Position numbers and translations under genes: made by a program. Positions 50,073 through 62,930 of a DNA stretch of 64,000 nt are shown here, in pieces. Position 1 is the stretch's first letter, and each line of letters begins with the position of its first letter. Under the pieces are notes generated by a model, which worked only from the letters and a program-made list of their open reading frames with translations, was not told the DNA's origin and searched no databases. Source of the DNA: Utricularia gibba (lineage: Eukaryota > Plantae > Magnoliophyta). Location of the stretch: the NCBI GenBank assembly GCA_002189035.1, contig NEEC01000012.1, positions 3,038,001 through 3,102,000 of the forward strand, written 5' to 3'.

Positions 50073-51540
50073 ATGGGGAATTCGAATTGTATACTTTTTG
50101 GTTGCGTGGAGCAGGCGAGCATAGGGATTATCGAGAAGTGGGGTCGCTTTGATCGCCTCGCGCGTCCAGGGTTTCATTTTTTCAACGTTTTCCGCGGAGA
50201 GTTCCTCGCCGGCGTACTTTCTACGAGGATCAGGTCCCTCGATGTCAAAATTGAGACCAAAACTAAGGTCAGTTGATTGTAGGAACTGCGGAATTTGTAT
50301 TGTGATATGGAGTTATTTTTTCCATGTTCTTTTTCGTTGGATAACGATGGATTTGTGCGTTGCAACAGGATAACGTCTTTGTTCAAATGCATTGCTCTAT
50401 TCAGTATAGAGTGGTTAGGAATAATGCAGATGATGCTTTTTATGAATTGCAAAATCCTCGAGAGCAGATCCAGGCCTATGTATTTGATGGTAATTTATAT
50501 TACCTTGCGTATTCTTTTATTTTCTTTGTCTTTCATTTATACTTTTCATTGGGTTTACAGTTGTTCGAGCCCAAGTTCCAAGAATGACACTGGATGAACT
50601 TTTTGAGCAAAAGGGTGATGTCGCCCAATCTGTTTCTGAGGAACTTGAGAAGGTGAATTATTATTTTTTTCTTGATATCTGAACTTCATTCCTCAGTCGC
50701 CTTCAACACTGTTAGGTAGAGCCAATCTCAATGTATATCACTTTTGTTTGCTGTGGGGAGGCTTTTTGTTGTAGCCATTTCTTTTCTACTATGATTTTTT
50801 TGGTTTATAAGCAACCTGTATCCTGTATGGTTGGGTTGCATGGTTGAACCAACGAAACAGAATTAAAGCACCGAGTTTCCACACACCATGTGGATGAACA
50901 GACATTAAAATGAGAAGTCTCATCCTGACTTTCAATGATGGCTAGAGATTCTGCATATGATTACACCAAATGTCTCTTCTTTTTTCAGGTCATGGGAGCT
51001 TATGGATACAACATAGAGCACATATTAATGGTTGACATTGTTCCTGATCCTTCTGTTCGCAAAGCAATGAACGAGATAAACGCAGGTTTGTGTTCCTCCT
51101 AATGTTCTCCAGGTGAAACACCCTCTCATTCTTGACTAATGCTGACAGCTCAAAGACTGCAACTTGCCAGCGTCTTCAAAGGCGAAGCAGAGAAAGTTCT
51201 CCAGGTGAAGAGAGCCGAAGCCGAAGCTGAATCCAAGTACCTCGGTGGGGTTGGAGTCGCTCGCCAGCGGCAGGCCATTACAGACGGCCTCCGTGACAAC
51301 ATACTGAACTTCTCCCACAAGGTGGAGGGCACCTCCGCCAAGGAAGTCATGGACCTGATCATGATCACACAGTACTTTGACACCATCAAAGACCTGGGGA
51401 ACGGCTCCAAGAACACCACTGTCTTCATCCCCCATGGCCCCGGCCATGTCAGGGACATCACCGAGCAGATCCGCAATGGTCTGATGGAGGCCGGAAGTGC
51501 ACAGCTTCCCACCGATCCGCCGCCGCAGCTTCTTCTGTAG
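50073..51540 (+). CDS. HIR4: SPFH/Band 7 hypersensitive-induced response protein (HIR4-type), multi-exon
   Basis: MGNSNC (N-myristoylation-like)..[18 protein letters not shown]|[13 protein letters not shown]|[25 protein letters not shown]|[27 protein letters not shown]. Confidence 0.93.
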
Positions 51541-51989
51541 GTTGGCGAGTCATGGCAGCCAGGCACATCCCATGGTATCTGAATAAGCAACCCACTGCGC
51601 TCACCTTCACAGAATTGCTGCTGTTGCTGCTGCCAGTGCAAGTGTGGGCAGTGAAGTGTGGATAACCAGACTGCATTTTCGTAGTTTCGAATCTGGTATT
51701 TTTTTAGAACGTTTTTTTTTTTTTTTGTTAAAATTTTGTTACTGTTAATAAAAATATATATTATCATATATTCATTATAAAAGAATTGTAAAATATACTA
51801 TTTGAATTTTGTATATTATTTTGTAAATGGGCCTGAAGATGGGCTTCAGTCTCAAATGTGTAGCCTGTGGCCCAATTAGTCGAAGGAAGTTGGGGATTCA
51901 GCTGGTGCTGATTTGGGACTGTAGTAGTCTTGTAGACAAGCCCAGGTGAGGAGATTCGTTTCCGTTTGCGTGGAGAAGATCATCCTCCC

Positions 51990-53386
51990 ATGGCCGCTCA
52001 AGGGTTGTCCGTTTTTCCGACTACGCCGTCGTGTTCCACCAATTATGAGTCCTGCAGGAAGCCTTCTAGGCATTCGCAATTGTTTAATCTATCGAGTTCG
52101 TTTTCGGGTCTCAAAGTGCCGATTCGTCCGCCGGGTTGTCTCTGGCTGCTTCGAAACGGCGTTGTTCTGCCGTCGCAACTATCGCCTTCAGTCTCCCCAT
52201 CTCGTGAGCTGCAATTTTTTTAATTTGTATTTCTGTTTTTGTTAATGTGTTGGTTGTTTATTTGCTGTAATGTATTATCAGGAAACCAGGGTCTGTTTCT
52301 GACAAGAACCTAAAGTAAGCCTTCGGTAGCTTCATTGGTTTGTGAAATAAATTGTTGATCTTTGTTGTCTCTTGTTAATTGATCACCGGTATTGCTTATT
52401 TGATGTGACGGGTATCTTCAGATGGTCATCGAGATCGATAAAGGCATTCGCAATGGGGGAGCTGGAAGCTCGGAAGCTCAAATATCCTAATACGGGGACC
52501 GAGGCCCTGCTTATGGGCATTTTGGTTGAAGGTATGCAGTTCCTTTTGATTGAGTGAAATTGTTGTTCTTTTTCAGTTTCGACATGATCTGTGGGACTTG
52601 GTTCCGCTGAGATTGGCTAGCCTGAATCCAATGTAATCATCTAATAGAATTGCCAACGCCTAGTGGCGCTAGCATCATGAATCATGCAAAATTAAGGGAA
52701 TGCTGTTAATAGAATTTCTGTCCTCCCATATTGAACAAGAGCAACTGCCCTTGTGAATGTTGCAGGAACCAGTTTGGCTTCCAAGTTTTTGAGGGAAAAC
52801 GGTGTAACGCTTTTTAAGGTTCGTGAAGAAACAGTGAACTTACTCGGGAAATCAGACATGTACTTTTTCAGTCCTGAACATCCTCCCTTGACCGAACCTG
52901 CCCGGAAGGCTCTTGATTTTGCTGTTGAAGATAAGCTAGCGTCGGGTATGTCTGGTTGTGGTTCATGTTTCTGTTTAATAGTTATCCGATATGTCAAGTG
53001 GAGTTCCCATTTTTTGAGCTCATAGATGTGCATTTTACGCACATCTTCCGTTAAGCAGGGCTTGCCCTGGAACAATCTTCTCCCTTAGATTTTTTTTAAT
53101 CTCAACACAGATTAAGCGATGAATGGAAGTTTACTGAAATGCAGGTGAAGAAGGTGAAATAACCACTGGACATATGTTACTAGGGATATGGTCTCAGAAG
53201 GAATCTGCTGGTTACAAGATCATGACTTCTCTTGGGGTCACTGACGACGAAATCATGGAGCTGGCCAAGAATGTGAGTGTGTTGCAGCGTTCCGAAACCC
53301 TATAGTTTTTCTTAAACTCACAGCTCTTTGTTTTCTGCATTTTTTTTTTGCAGAAAGACAAAGATATCATCCTGCACTTCAAATGA
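51990..53386 (+). CDS. CLPT1: Double Clp-N motif protein ClpT (plastid Clp protease accessory), multi-exon; apparent frameshift at 52133-52135
   Basis: Transit peptide; TIAFSLPIS|KP; WSSRSIKAFAMGELEARKLKYPNTGTEALLMGILVE|GT; FFSPEHPPLTEPA; GEITTGHMLLGIWS; KDKDIILHFK*. Confidence 0.9.
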
Positions 53387-54408
53387 TCGGGTTTGTTTTC
53401 TTTTTTCAAGAGCTGCTTTCTGATTTTTCCTTTTACGTTGCCTTTTTCATGGTAAAGTACCATTTTATTAGATGTGAAACAAATTATGGCAAATGAGTTG
53501 AATCCTGTAATGTTTCACGAGTTGAGTTATTCCAAATGCATTTTGCCAAAGTTGTCATGCAAATGAAGTCGGATCCACAACACAAATGGTTCGGTTGGTT
53601 GGTGGAGCACAATATGTAATAGTAACATGTCTACAATCTGCTCTCTCTTGTGTGCATATATACAAAGTACCGTGCTCCATTGAGGATATTTGAAAACAAG
53701 AAACAGAAATAAGAGCAATGCAAGTTTCTGACTTCTAAGAGTAAAAGAAACAGACTGATGCAGTACATCACCCTTGCATTCCTCTGCGAAGAAAAGCCTG
53801 GGGGAACCTGCAAAGAGGCATCATTCGTCTGGGAAGAAACAGAGCTCCATTGTCTCGTTTCCTGCTCCATTGTCTCGCTGGGGCTTCTTTCGTGGAACGG
53901 CTCTTTCCTGCACTGTTGTCTGTTTCCAGTGGACGGGAGGTTGGATGCCTACAGAAAGATACTCTTCCTCAAGCATACGGCAAATGCAGTCATCTTCAAA
54001 GTTTGTGAACTTAGAGATGTGCCGGAGGAGCAAAAGAAGAGTACAAAATTCCATCCAGAAACAATTGGCATAATTTCCAATCTGTAATACCTGTAGTGAT
54101 GGCAGATGCTATGAGAAGGCCTACGTTGCCGTTGTGGTGTGGTATTTTCAGCAAGCGGCATCAGCAAACTGCCCACGAAGTGGAGTGGATACCCGCAACG
54201 AGCTTACACTAGATGCAAATGTGAAATCCAAGAACACCCGTGCAGTTTACTTAATATTATTGTAACTTTCTTTCCTGCTAGTGTAAACGTAGTTCCAAAA
54301 ATGCTTGAATGTAAAGCTGAACTCCACAGACAACTGCATGAAATCTCAACATTGGCAATGAAAATAATATGGTAATATGGGAGGATCAAGAACACTTATG
54401 AAACTGTA

Positions 54409-56355
54409 TCATGCAACGGGTTTACAGCTTTCAACAACTCTACGTAGCCGATCCAAAACTACAGAAATATCCTTGTCTTTCAGTGTAGTAAAACAAAATC
54501 TAAACCACCCAGGTTCAATGCAATGGCAAGCTGAACCAGGAGTTGCATTTATCTTGGCTGTGTATAAAAGCTTCTCCCACAGATCAAGCTCCCCTTCAGC
54601 ACTGTATGGACTAATTAAAGAGCTCATGTCAACCCAGCAGTATAAGCCTGCACTGCTTTTTATGCATTCCAATCCCAACCCTTTCAGGCCTGAAACAAAC
54701 ATGTCATACATTGCGCGTATTCGCTGCTTGTTGATCTCCAAGTATTCCTGAATGAACGTTTTATCTGACAGCATTGACGCTATTATTTGCTGAGTTTGAC
54801 TTGAAACAGATGAAAACCTAGCCAGTTTCCTTGATGCAGCCAACACGCTTTCGTTGAAGGAATATATTACGCCAACTCTAAAACCAGGGATAGATAAATC
54901 CTTGGAAAGTCCATACACGATATGAACTCGCTCTTTGTCGGCGTCCTCTGATTCCACTACCTCGGCCATGCTCACAAACTCTTCATCCCCATACCTTGAA
55001 CCAGCAAATATTTCATCTGATATTACATGAATATTCCTCTCTCTTGCAAAATAAAGGATATCACATAGCACATCTCTGTTCAGCAGGTTCCCAACAGGGT
55101 TGGAAGGATTTGAAAGGAGAATTCCCCGAACTTTCTGCCCTCTTTTCCTAGCTTGATTATATGCCTGTTCAAGAGCCATGATGCTTAATGTGAAATTATC
55201 GCAGCTGCGACAGTGAACAGGGATCAGCTCAACTCCTGTTCTCCATTTAATGTCCCTCTCAAAACTGCAAATGCTTATCATGTTACTATCAGATCAGACG
55301 TAACAAAAAATGCCCACAATGGAGATAGAAAAGTTACCCAGGATAGTAAGGCGCCGGTACAAGAAAGGCGTTGCCTGGATCAGCCAGACAAAAACTTAGT
55401 ATCTCTAGTGCAGGAGTTGCCCCAGAGGTGACTACCAATCTTGAGGGATCGAAAGATACTCTACTTCTTCCCATCACTTCAGTCATGAAATCCGCCATAA
55501 CCTAACATTTACATTTTTAATGATTCACAGCCGAAAAATTTGAGAAATACGCAACAGTTATAGCTGATTTCAACTGAAAACCCTGTCATAACATCAAAAA
55601 AAACTGACTAAACAGTAAAAATACCACATTGCTGTAGTTAGGTTATAACGTTGATAACCAAATATACGAACGTACTGGCTAAAGTTATCAGAAACAAACA
55701 AAAAAAGAATTTTTGATTACCACTTTGAAGCTCTCTAGTCCATCCATAGGTTGATACATGGCAATCCGGCTGAGCCGCAAAGCTTCATCTCCTACTCCGG
55801 CACTTGAGTTGGTTAGCTTTTTCAAAAACCATTCTTCAATCAAGTCCAACGATAACTTCAAGGTAGAATCGGCAAAGCAAGGTGAAAATACATGAGCGAG
55901 GAATCATAAGAAATCCAACCAATATTCATTTCGATTAATACCCTATTCTCCGACAACCCAAGCTGCAGAATTCCATTCGGATTATCGATTTCGTCATAAG
56001 GGTCCGCCCGCGTCCTATCCAATCCAATGTAGTAGGGCGAGTCATTGGGCTTGGCAACGGAACCCGCCCGAATGGAGAGGTGAGCACGCCCAGTGGAGCC
56101 ACGCGAGAGCAAATTAGCACGAGAAGGTGATCTCCCTAGCTCAGCCAAATTCGCAGACGACGACCTCGACGGCGCGTCCTCGGTATTCGTCCGGTGGCGT
56201 TTCAAGTAATACTGTAGAAAATAGAACAAGGCACAGGGGATTAGCGAGCCGAGTATAAGCCCTCCCCTCCCTTGAACAACCCCCTGTAAGGGCACTATAA
56301 GCCTCATCCCTGTCCTGCTCGCGCTGCGGGGAGATTCATTCCTCTCCGGCGTCAT
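54409..56355 (-). CDS. ACS12: Aminotransferase ACS12/ACS10-type (ACC synthase-like), 4 exons
   Basis: [32 protein letters not shown]; DSPYYIG; QLGLSEN; [17 protein letters not shown]; SNPSNPVG; PLP-lysine motif [14 protein letters not shown]; [15 protein letters not shown]. Confidence 0.93.
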
Positions 56356-56739
56356 GAAAAGCACTCTCTGGAGATGGCCGGAGGATCGGATTCCCGCGAC
56401 TGCGCAGAGGCGTCCCCGCCGCCAGCGATGAATTCGTGGTTTACGAGGATTTTGAATTTGAGGTGTATCTTTTTTTAGCCATCGCCCACATGCGTGACCC
56501 AGCAAGCAAAATTGAGATGCTCTGATTGTGACGTCGTGTCGATGCCGTGTGCTTCGGTATCTTCGGGAATCTTTTTCCTAATTAATTAATGTTAATTATA
56601 TTAATATTTGCTAATCCCTCTATTTAAAAAATTCGGGAATCTTCTCTTCCACTCTTTCGCGGAATCTGCATGCTTGATTTCTTGGAGTGATGGTGTTTTT
56701 CTGCTGCTTTGTCTTCCATTTGGCGATTGGCGATTGGCG

Positions 56740-57980
56740 ATGGAGTATCCGGTGCAACATCGCATTGAAGCGCCGTCTGGTGTTTCATCGATTCCGGTAG
56801 ACTGAACGGGAATCACGTTGGATGTAGGGTTTTGTGCTTAAATTTTAGGTTATTTCTTTTGATTGTGGTGTATTTAAAGGTGTTTTAATTTGGATCGGAA
56901 CCATTATGCATGCTCTGGATGGGGCCTTTTGGTTTGTGCATCTTGCTTTACGACTGCTTGTGCGCGCTCGCATTTTTTTTGTAGATATTTCTGTCTGATG
57001 ATCTCTCGTTTCTCACATTTCTCAGATGTCGAAGCATGGCATTTGAGGTAACTCTTTTTCTCGCATGGTGGATTCTCCGGGAGGTGTGGAGCAGCATAGA
57101 AATAAGGGTTCAAGTGCGAGCGTCCAGGTCTGCAGCTTTACAAAATTCTTCCTGGTCATAATGTGATCAAAAAATTGTTTTATTTAACCATGCCATGTGC
57201 CAAGAATGAAAGTTCTCAGTAGATTCCACACCTTCTGTTGTTCAGTCTACACAGTGTGGTCTTTCTTGCCTGTATTATGGACACCTGGGTGTCAAATATT
57301 TCTGCACTTGAGTAATTTATTACTTCTAGATGAGTTACAAAAATATGCTTTGGAACTCCACTGTGTGTTCTTTGCGAATTACTATATCCTATTTTAATTC
57401 TGTTTCTGCAGTCAAGGTGTGCTATGTTTGGGTTCTGTGAATGTTTCCTTGAGCCGTTCCAATGTAGGGTCCTGAACTTATATTTATTTGTTGGGATTGG
57501 AGCATATTATTTGGAGCCTTCCGAGGCCTTGACCTTGTGAAGGATTGCAGGCTATGCCATATGCGTCCCCAACGATCTGCCAGTCGCTGATATTGCGTGT
57601 GGTGCACTTAATGGATTAACATGGACGATATAACACGTGCTAATCAAGGTACAAAATCACCCTAAACCGGAGAGCCACAGTATGTGCTGTTGCATGCAAG
57701 CAGCATTGCAGTTATGATTTGGTGTGATAAATTGTGGAACATCCTGCGCAGGTGCAAAGTGCTGCCAACACCATAACAGAGCGTGGGTATGCTATAACTT
57801 GATGATTATCTTTTGCAGAGATTCATGCCAGCGACATTATGCTCAACACAGATCGTCAATGCAGAAGAGCTGGAGTATGACGATGACCATGAAGTGGAAG
57901 ACATGAGAGCTGAATGTGGAAAATGTAACTCCCTCCCAAGTACCCGTCCTGTGAATGCCATAAAAAACTGTCCCCCGGAG
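56740..57980 (+). pseudogene. Spliced-looking but non-coding or degenerate unit divergent from ACS12
   Basis: Several GT-AG-bounded exon-like blocks (about 57028-57049, 57411-57648, 57752-57786, and from 57819) but stops in all frames; family not recognised. Confidence 0.3.
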
Positions 57981-59413
57981 CTCATCTAAACAGCCCAACT
58001 TCTCAATGTGTAACAAGGGCTGATGCTATCACGACCACCTTGTGATTGCTCCCTCTAGTGTCTTTCTGTCACTCCTAACAGCTCTTCTTGAAGTACATAT
58101 GATCTCCAGGGTGCTGCTACAAAAGCTTTACAAGGACTGAACCAGCACAAATTCGGAGGGGACCAACCCTTCTACCCAGAGAAAAAGTTCTCTCCACTCA
58201 GCAGTTTATAGCCAATGGAGGCTTTCCCAAATTCAGGTACCACAAAGTCATTCAAAAAAAATGTATGTATCGGTTTATTTTCAAATTAAATTTCAATTAA
58301 AAAATTCAAAAAATTTAATGAAATTTGAATTTGATTTTGATTACAATGATACATTTTTTTATAGGATTTTTACATTTTGATATTTTAGGTGAGAAATCAA
58401 ACTAATATCCTGGCTTCTTTCCGGAAAATGCTGTGAAGAAGACTCTTCTAGAACCCCGAGGGGCAGAGTGGTAACCAGCAATCCGTCTTCCGAAACGGGA
58501 GAGACCAAGGAACGTGAGCTTCTCCTGACCCAATCATTAAATACACATATCAAATATGAATAAAAATAATAATTTGAAAATTATTGTTATTTTATTTTAT
58601 CGTAAAATAAAAAATAATATTACGAAGGACATGATTGTCCCCTGTCGACCACGTTGGCTCCCCCATTTCCCACCCCCAGAACGCGGTGCATTATTGGGAA
58701 AAAAGTCGAAAATAAGATATATGGAAAATATTATAATATACTTTTCCTTCTCATCTCTAGATCGCAATAATGGAAGATGGTCCCCATCATCGCTGCTGAT
58801 TTGCTGTATTCCTTTATTACATTAATATCTTTTTAAATTATCTTTAATTTTAATACATATATGCATTTTGCTTCTCTTGCCTTAACTTGAAGCTCCCGGA
58901 AGTCAATGGGATTTATTGTGTTTGGGTGATTAATCAATGCCTAGTGACATTATTAGCTGGGGGAATTTATTAATGTGTAATTACCGAATATTAGAAAATA
59001 AAATTATATAGGGAATTTTTCACGTCACGTTCGGGGTAGGTATGTCTGACTTTCATAGAATCAGGTTGGATATTTGGTTATAATTATTGAATAAAGAGAC
59101 GTTACGTTACCTATTATTTATAGAATATTTTTAATATATTAATAATAATATTCCACGTCAGCGTTCAAATATGGTGGCCCTTTTGCGAGGATCCGTGGGC
59201 GGGCATGCTTTCCTGTTTGAGTCAACGGGCGGCGAAATTACGGGTTGATTAGTATTTAATGGCGATAATTAGGGATGGTAAAGCGTGTCGGTGGCGGTGA
59301 AACCCACGCGTCCGCGAGGGTACAAGAAAGCCCTCGCCTCCGCCACTGTAGAAGGCTTTTGGGGGGTTGGTTCGTTGAGTGTTCTCTTCATCGGGGGTGG
59401 CCGCTTTTTTGTG

Positions 59414-60862
59414 ATGCTTCCGGAGGAGGCGCCTCCGTTGATGTGGAAGCCGGTGCAGGGGGTTGAAAGTCAGGATCGGCAGAATTGGGGGTTTGGATTC
59501 GTGAAACCGTGTTTTACGGGTCGCCGGCGATGGACTTTGGTTTTTATCGCGGTGGTTGTGTTACAGATGTTTCTGCTACAGACGGGGATGACGGCGGAGA
59601 GGGGCCAACGCTCGCCCCTCCTGAAGATGGAGAGGAGTTCCGTGGACTCGTTGTCGGTGGGTGGGGAGTGTCCGTACGGTAAAATCTTCGTGTACGAAAT
59701 TCCGGCGGTTTTTAACGCCGAGATTGTGAGGAACTGCGAGACTCTGAATCCATGGCGCTCACGTTGCGATGCTTTGTCGAATTACGGGCTGGGGAAGTCA
59801 GCCGGGAAGGAGATGTCGAGTTTCATGCCGGAGAGAATCGCCGCCGCGTGGTATTGGACTGATCAATTCGCGCTGGAGGTGATTCACCACCACCGGATAC
59901 TGAATTACAGATGCAGAACCTTGACTCCCGAAGCCGCCTCCGCCTTCTACATCCCGATTTACGCCGGATTGGCGATCGAGAGATATCTCTTCTCGCCCAA
60001 CTCCTCCGTCGCCGATCGCGATCGCCACTGCGAGATGATGCTGAATTGGGTGAAGCAGCAGCCCTTCTTCCAGAAATCCAAGGGCTGGGATCACTTCATC
60101 ACGATGGGCCGCATCTCATGGGATTTCCGCCGCTCCAGAGACCAAGACTGGGGCTCAAGCTGCATCTACAAGCCAGCGATGCGAAACGTCACCCGCCTCC
60201 TAATCGAACGGCACCCCTGGGACTACTTCGACGTCGGCGTCCCTTATCCGACCGGCTTCCACCCCAGCTCCGCCGCGGACGTCGTCAATTGGCAGAATTT
60301 CGTCCGAAATCACAACCGCAGCACGCTGTTCTGCTTCGCCGGCGCCGCCCGCGCCTACGTGAAGGACGATTTCCGAAGCGTCCTTATCCAGCAGTGCCTC
60401 GAGGAGCCCGGGTCCTGCCGCGCCGTGGATTGCAGCTCCGCCAAGTGCGAGGACCACAACTACGTCGCCCTGGAGAGTTTCCTTGGGTCCCACTTCTGCC
60501 TTCAGCCCCGCGGCGACAGCTTAACGCGGCGGTCGGTTTTCGATTGTATGATCGCCGGCGCCATCCCAGTCTTCTTCTGGCACAGAACCGCCTATATGCA
60601 GTACAACTGGTTCTTGCCGGAAGACCCGGAGAGCTACTCGGTGTTCATAGATCGCGCAGCGGTCAGAAACGGCTTGTCGGTGAAATCGGTTCTAGAGAAG
60701 ATAAGCCAGGAAAGGGTTATAAAAATGAGGGAGAAAATAATCCAACTCACTCCAAAACTCATCTACCTCAACTCTGATGAAGGCCTCGCCGGCATCGATG
60801 ACGCATTCGATATCGCCATGGAAGCAGTGCTGAGGAGGAGGATAGATCGGCCAGGGGTATAA
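59414..60862 (+). CDS. XLT2: Xyloglucan galactosyltransferase XLT2-like (GT47 exostosin family), intronless
   Basis: Type II membrane anchor; IFVYEIP..NPWRSRCDALSN; WYWTDQFALEVI.HHRI; AFYIPIYAGL; WDHFITMGRISWDFRRS; VGVPYPTGFHP; FCLQPRGDSLTRRSVFDCM. Confidence 0.93.
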   Translation: MLPEEAPPLMWKPVQGVESQDRQNWGFGFVKPCFTGRRRWTLVFIAVVVLQMFLLQTGMTAERGQRSPLLKMERSSVDSLSVGGECPYGKIFVYEIPAVFNAEIVRNCETLNPWRSRCDALSNYGLGKSAGKEMSSFMPERIAAAWYWTDQFALEVIHHHRILNYRCRTLTPEAASAFYIPIYAGLAIERYLFSPNSSVADRDRHCEMMLNWVKQQPFFQKSKGWDHFITMGRISWDFRRSRDQDWGSSCIYKPAMRNVTRLLIERHPWDYFDVGVPYPTGFHPSSAADVVNWQNFVRNHNRSTLFCFAGAARAYVKDDFRSVLIQQCLEEPGSCRAVDCSSAKCEDHNYVALESFLGSHFCLQPRGDSLTRRSVFDCMIAGAIPVFFWHRTAYMQYNWFLPEDPESYSVFIDRAAVRNGLSVKSVLEKISQERVIKMREKIIQLTPKLIYLNSDEGLAGIDDAFDIAMEAVLRRRIDRPGV

Positions 60863-61087
60863 ATGGAAATTATACGGCACTCTGTTCCTCTTTTCATTTT
60901 TTTTATTATTTCAATTTTCATCCTCGAGGCTCTGTATATTAAAAATTAATCACATATACTTGTTGTAATTTTCCATTATTTACAAAATATTTATTGTATT
61001 TTTGTTAATTATTTATTGTAAATTTTAAAAAAACTAATTTAACAATAAAAAATAGAAAAAGCAAAATAAAAAGGGAAATTTATTTAT

Positions 61088-62378
61088 TTATTTATTTTTA
61101 AATATCGGTGTCCTGATCTTATCAAAATCCTCACGAACCCTATTTTTCCAAGGCACTGCTTCCCCTTGCTGGGAGATCCAATTGGAAAATGCTTGGAGGG
61201 TTTTGACGTCAGATCGGTAATGTACCTGCGTGAAATGGTGGAAGATTTCCCATCGGAAATCGGGGTAAAGTCTGGGATGATCAGAATCCACAAGCTCCGG
61301 CGGTGGCGCCACCACTCTGTCCTTTCTTGGACAAAGGAAGAACACCAGGGATTTTCTAGGATTTTTTCTGTTCACCACCGCTCTGTGGAGACAGCTTTTG
61401 TACCTTCCATTTGAGAGTGCCTGAAAGCGTACTTTGCTTTACTGACTGCATGGTATGAAATAGTAATGGTATCTTTCTTACCGTCAAGGTGTCCCCAACG
61501 AGGACTACGAAGGCATCGGAGTTGGGGGTAATCGACCACCACCGGCCGTCGACGAACGCCTCGAGTCCGGCGACTTTATCTTGATGAAGTAGTGTTATCG
61601 TGGTGGGATCGCAGTGGGGGCCGGTGCCGAGAGCTTGCTCTGGATATCGGCACCGTGGGTAGTAGTTTAGTCTCATTATCGACTCGTTGTCCTCGTAAAA
61701 TTCAGAGAAACTCTCAGGTTTCAGGCCCAAGCCTAGCGCAAGGAGCTCCATGATCGCTAGTGAAAGTTTGCTCATTTCTCGGCTGTACTCTTGGTAAACT
61801 CTCCTGCTCCATCAATTCGACCATGCTGAACTTAGTTGTGGGAAATTTAGATGGTATACACTTTCGAGTGTTACTACTTACCCTAAGTGAAAAAATTCGT
61901 TCCCAAGTGTTCGACGAAAGTACTCTTCCACGATGGACTCTTGTGCTGCTTCCCTGTACTCGAACGAGAGTGTCTCCTTCCATGGAAGTTTAGATGAAAA
62001 TCTGCCAGTGAAGCTACTGGCGTAACCCCAAGGGTCACCGATTTTCCGCTCCGCCGCTCGCTTCCGATCAAGCGGCAGCCCGAAAAAGAACTCCATGTAA
62101 CTATGGGCCTCAGCGATGAGGCGTGGATCAACACCATGGTTCACCACGCTAAAGATACCATTTTTCCGGCACGAGTCTCTGACGAGGTTCGCTGCTTCCA
62201 CCGTGGCCTCATGGTTTCCGGTGAGGAACCCCGATAAATCGATGTAGGGGATGTGGAGCTCCGGTGGGTCGGCGTCTGGCTTCTCATCAGTAGGCCAGAT
62301 GAATTGGGAGGGCAAAGTGGCTGCATTCTGAAGGACAGAGGCGTCGAAGACGATCGGAATCTGGTACAGTTTCCCCAT
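61088..62378 (-). CDS. GA20OX: Gibberellin 20-oxidase, 3 exons
   Basis: [14 protein letters not shown]; [22 protein letters not shown] (LPWKET signature); MRLNYYP.C; GTGPHCDP (HxD); [27 protein letters not shown]. Confidence 0.95.
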
Positions 62379-62930
62379 TACTGAGTGAATGCTGAAGGAG
62401 ACTGAGGATGAGGAGTTCCACAAGACCAAGAATCATGGTATTAAGAAGTGATTCCTCAGGAACCAGACAAGAGACTTCAAGTGGAAGGGTTGGTCGAGAG
62501 TGGAGATGAGGAAGACGCCAAGGGCAAGCCAGTGGCCAAGGCATCTTCATAATAAACAACATGCCGTGTCTTTTAAATGGGTTCAATCAGACCAAAAAAT
62601 CTGTTTCGGATTGGGAATGGGATGAGATATGTTGGATATTGTGGCACTCTTGTCTCCAAAAGTCTGTGCAATTTGTTGGTTAATTGCACGTAAACCCCAG
62701 ATTAACCAAGGACAAGGGTATCACAGCACCACTGTTACCAGTGTCACTAGAGGCTCCTTCCTGTCTGAAGCTGCATGGCCATGACATGACACTCAGAGGC
62801 CATGTGACTCTTCTGGGACAAATGCCATGCGAATCATGAACTTGTGCCGTTCAGAAGGAATCCTCCCTGTAGTGAGTTCTTGGGATACTTGATGCCTAAA
62901 GATTATCATCCACCATTCCAGAAGACATTG

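Noticed and set aside
59911-60777. 288-aa ORF in an alternative plus frame inside XLT2, and antisense ORFs at 59798-60493
   Set aside because: Expected by-product of high third-position GC in an intronless gene; Arg/Leu/Pro-rich with no recognisable domain.
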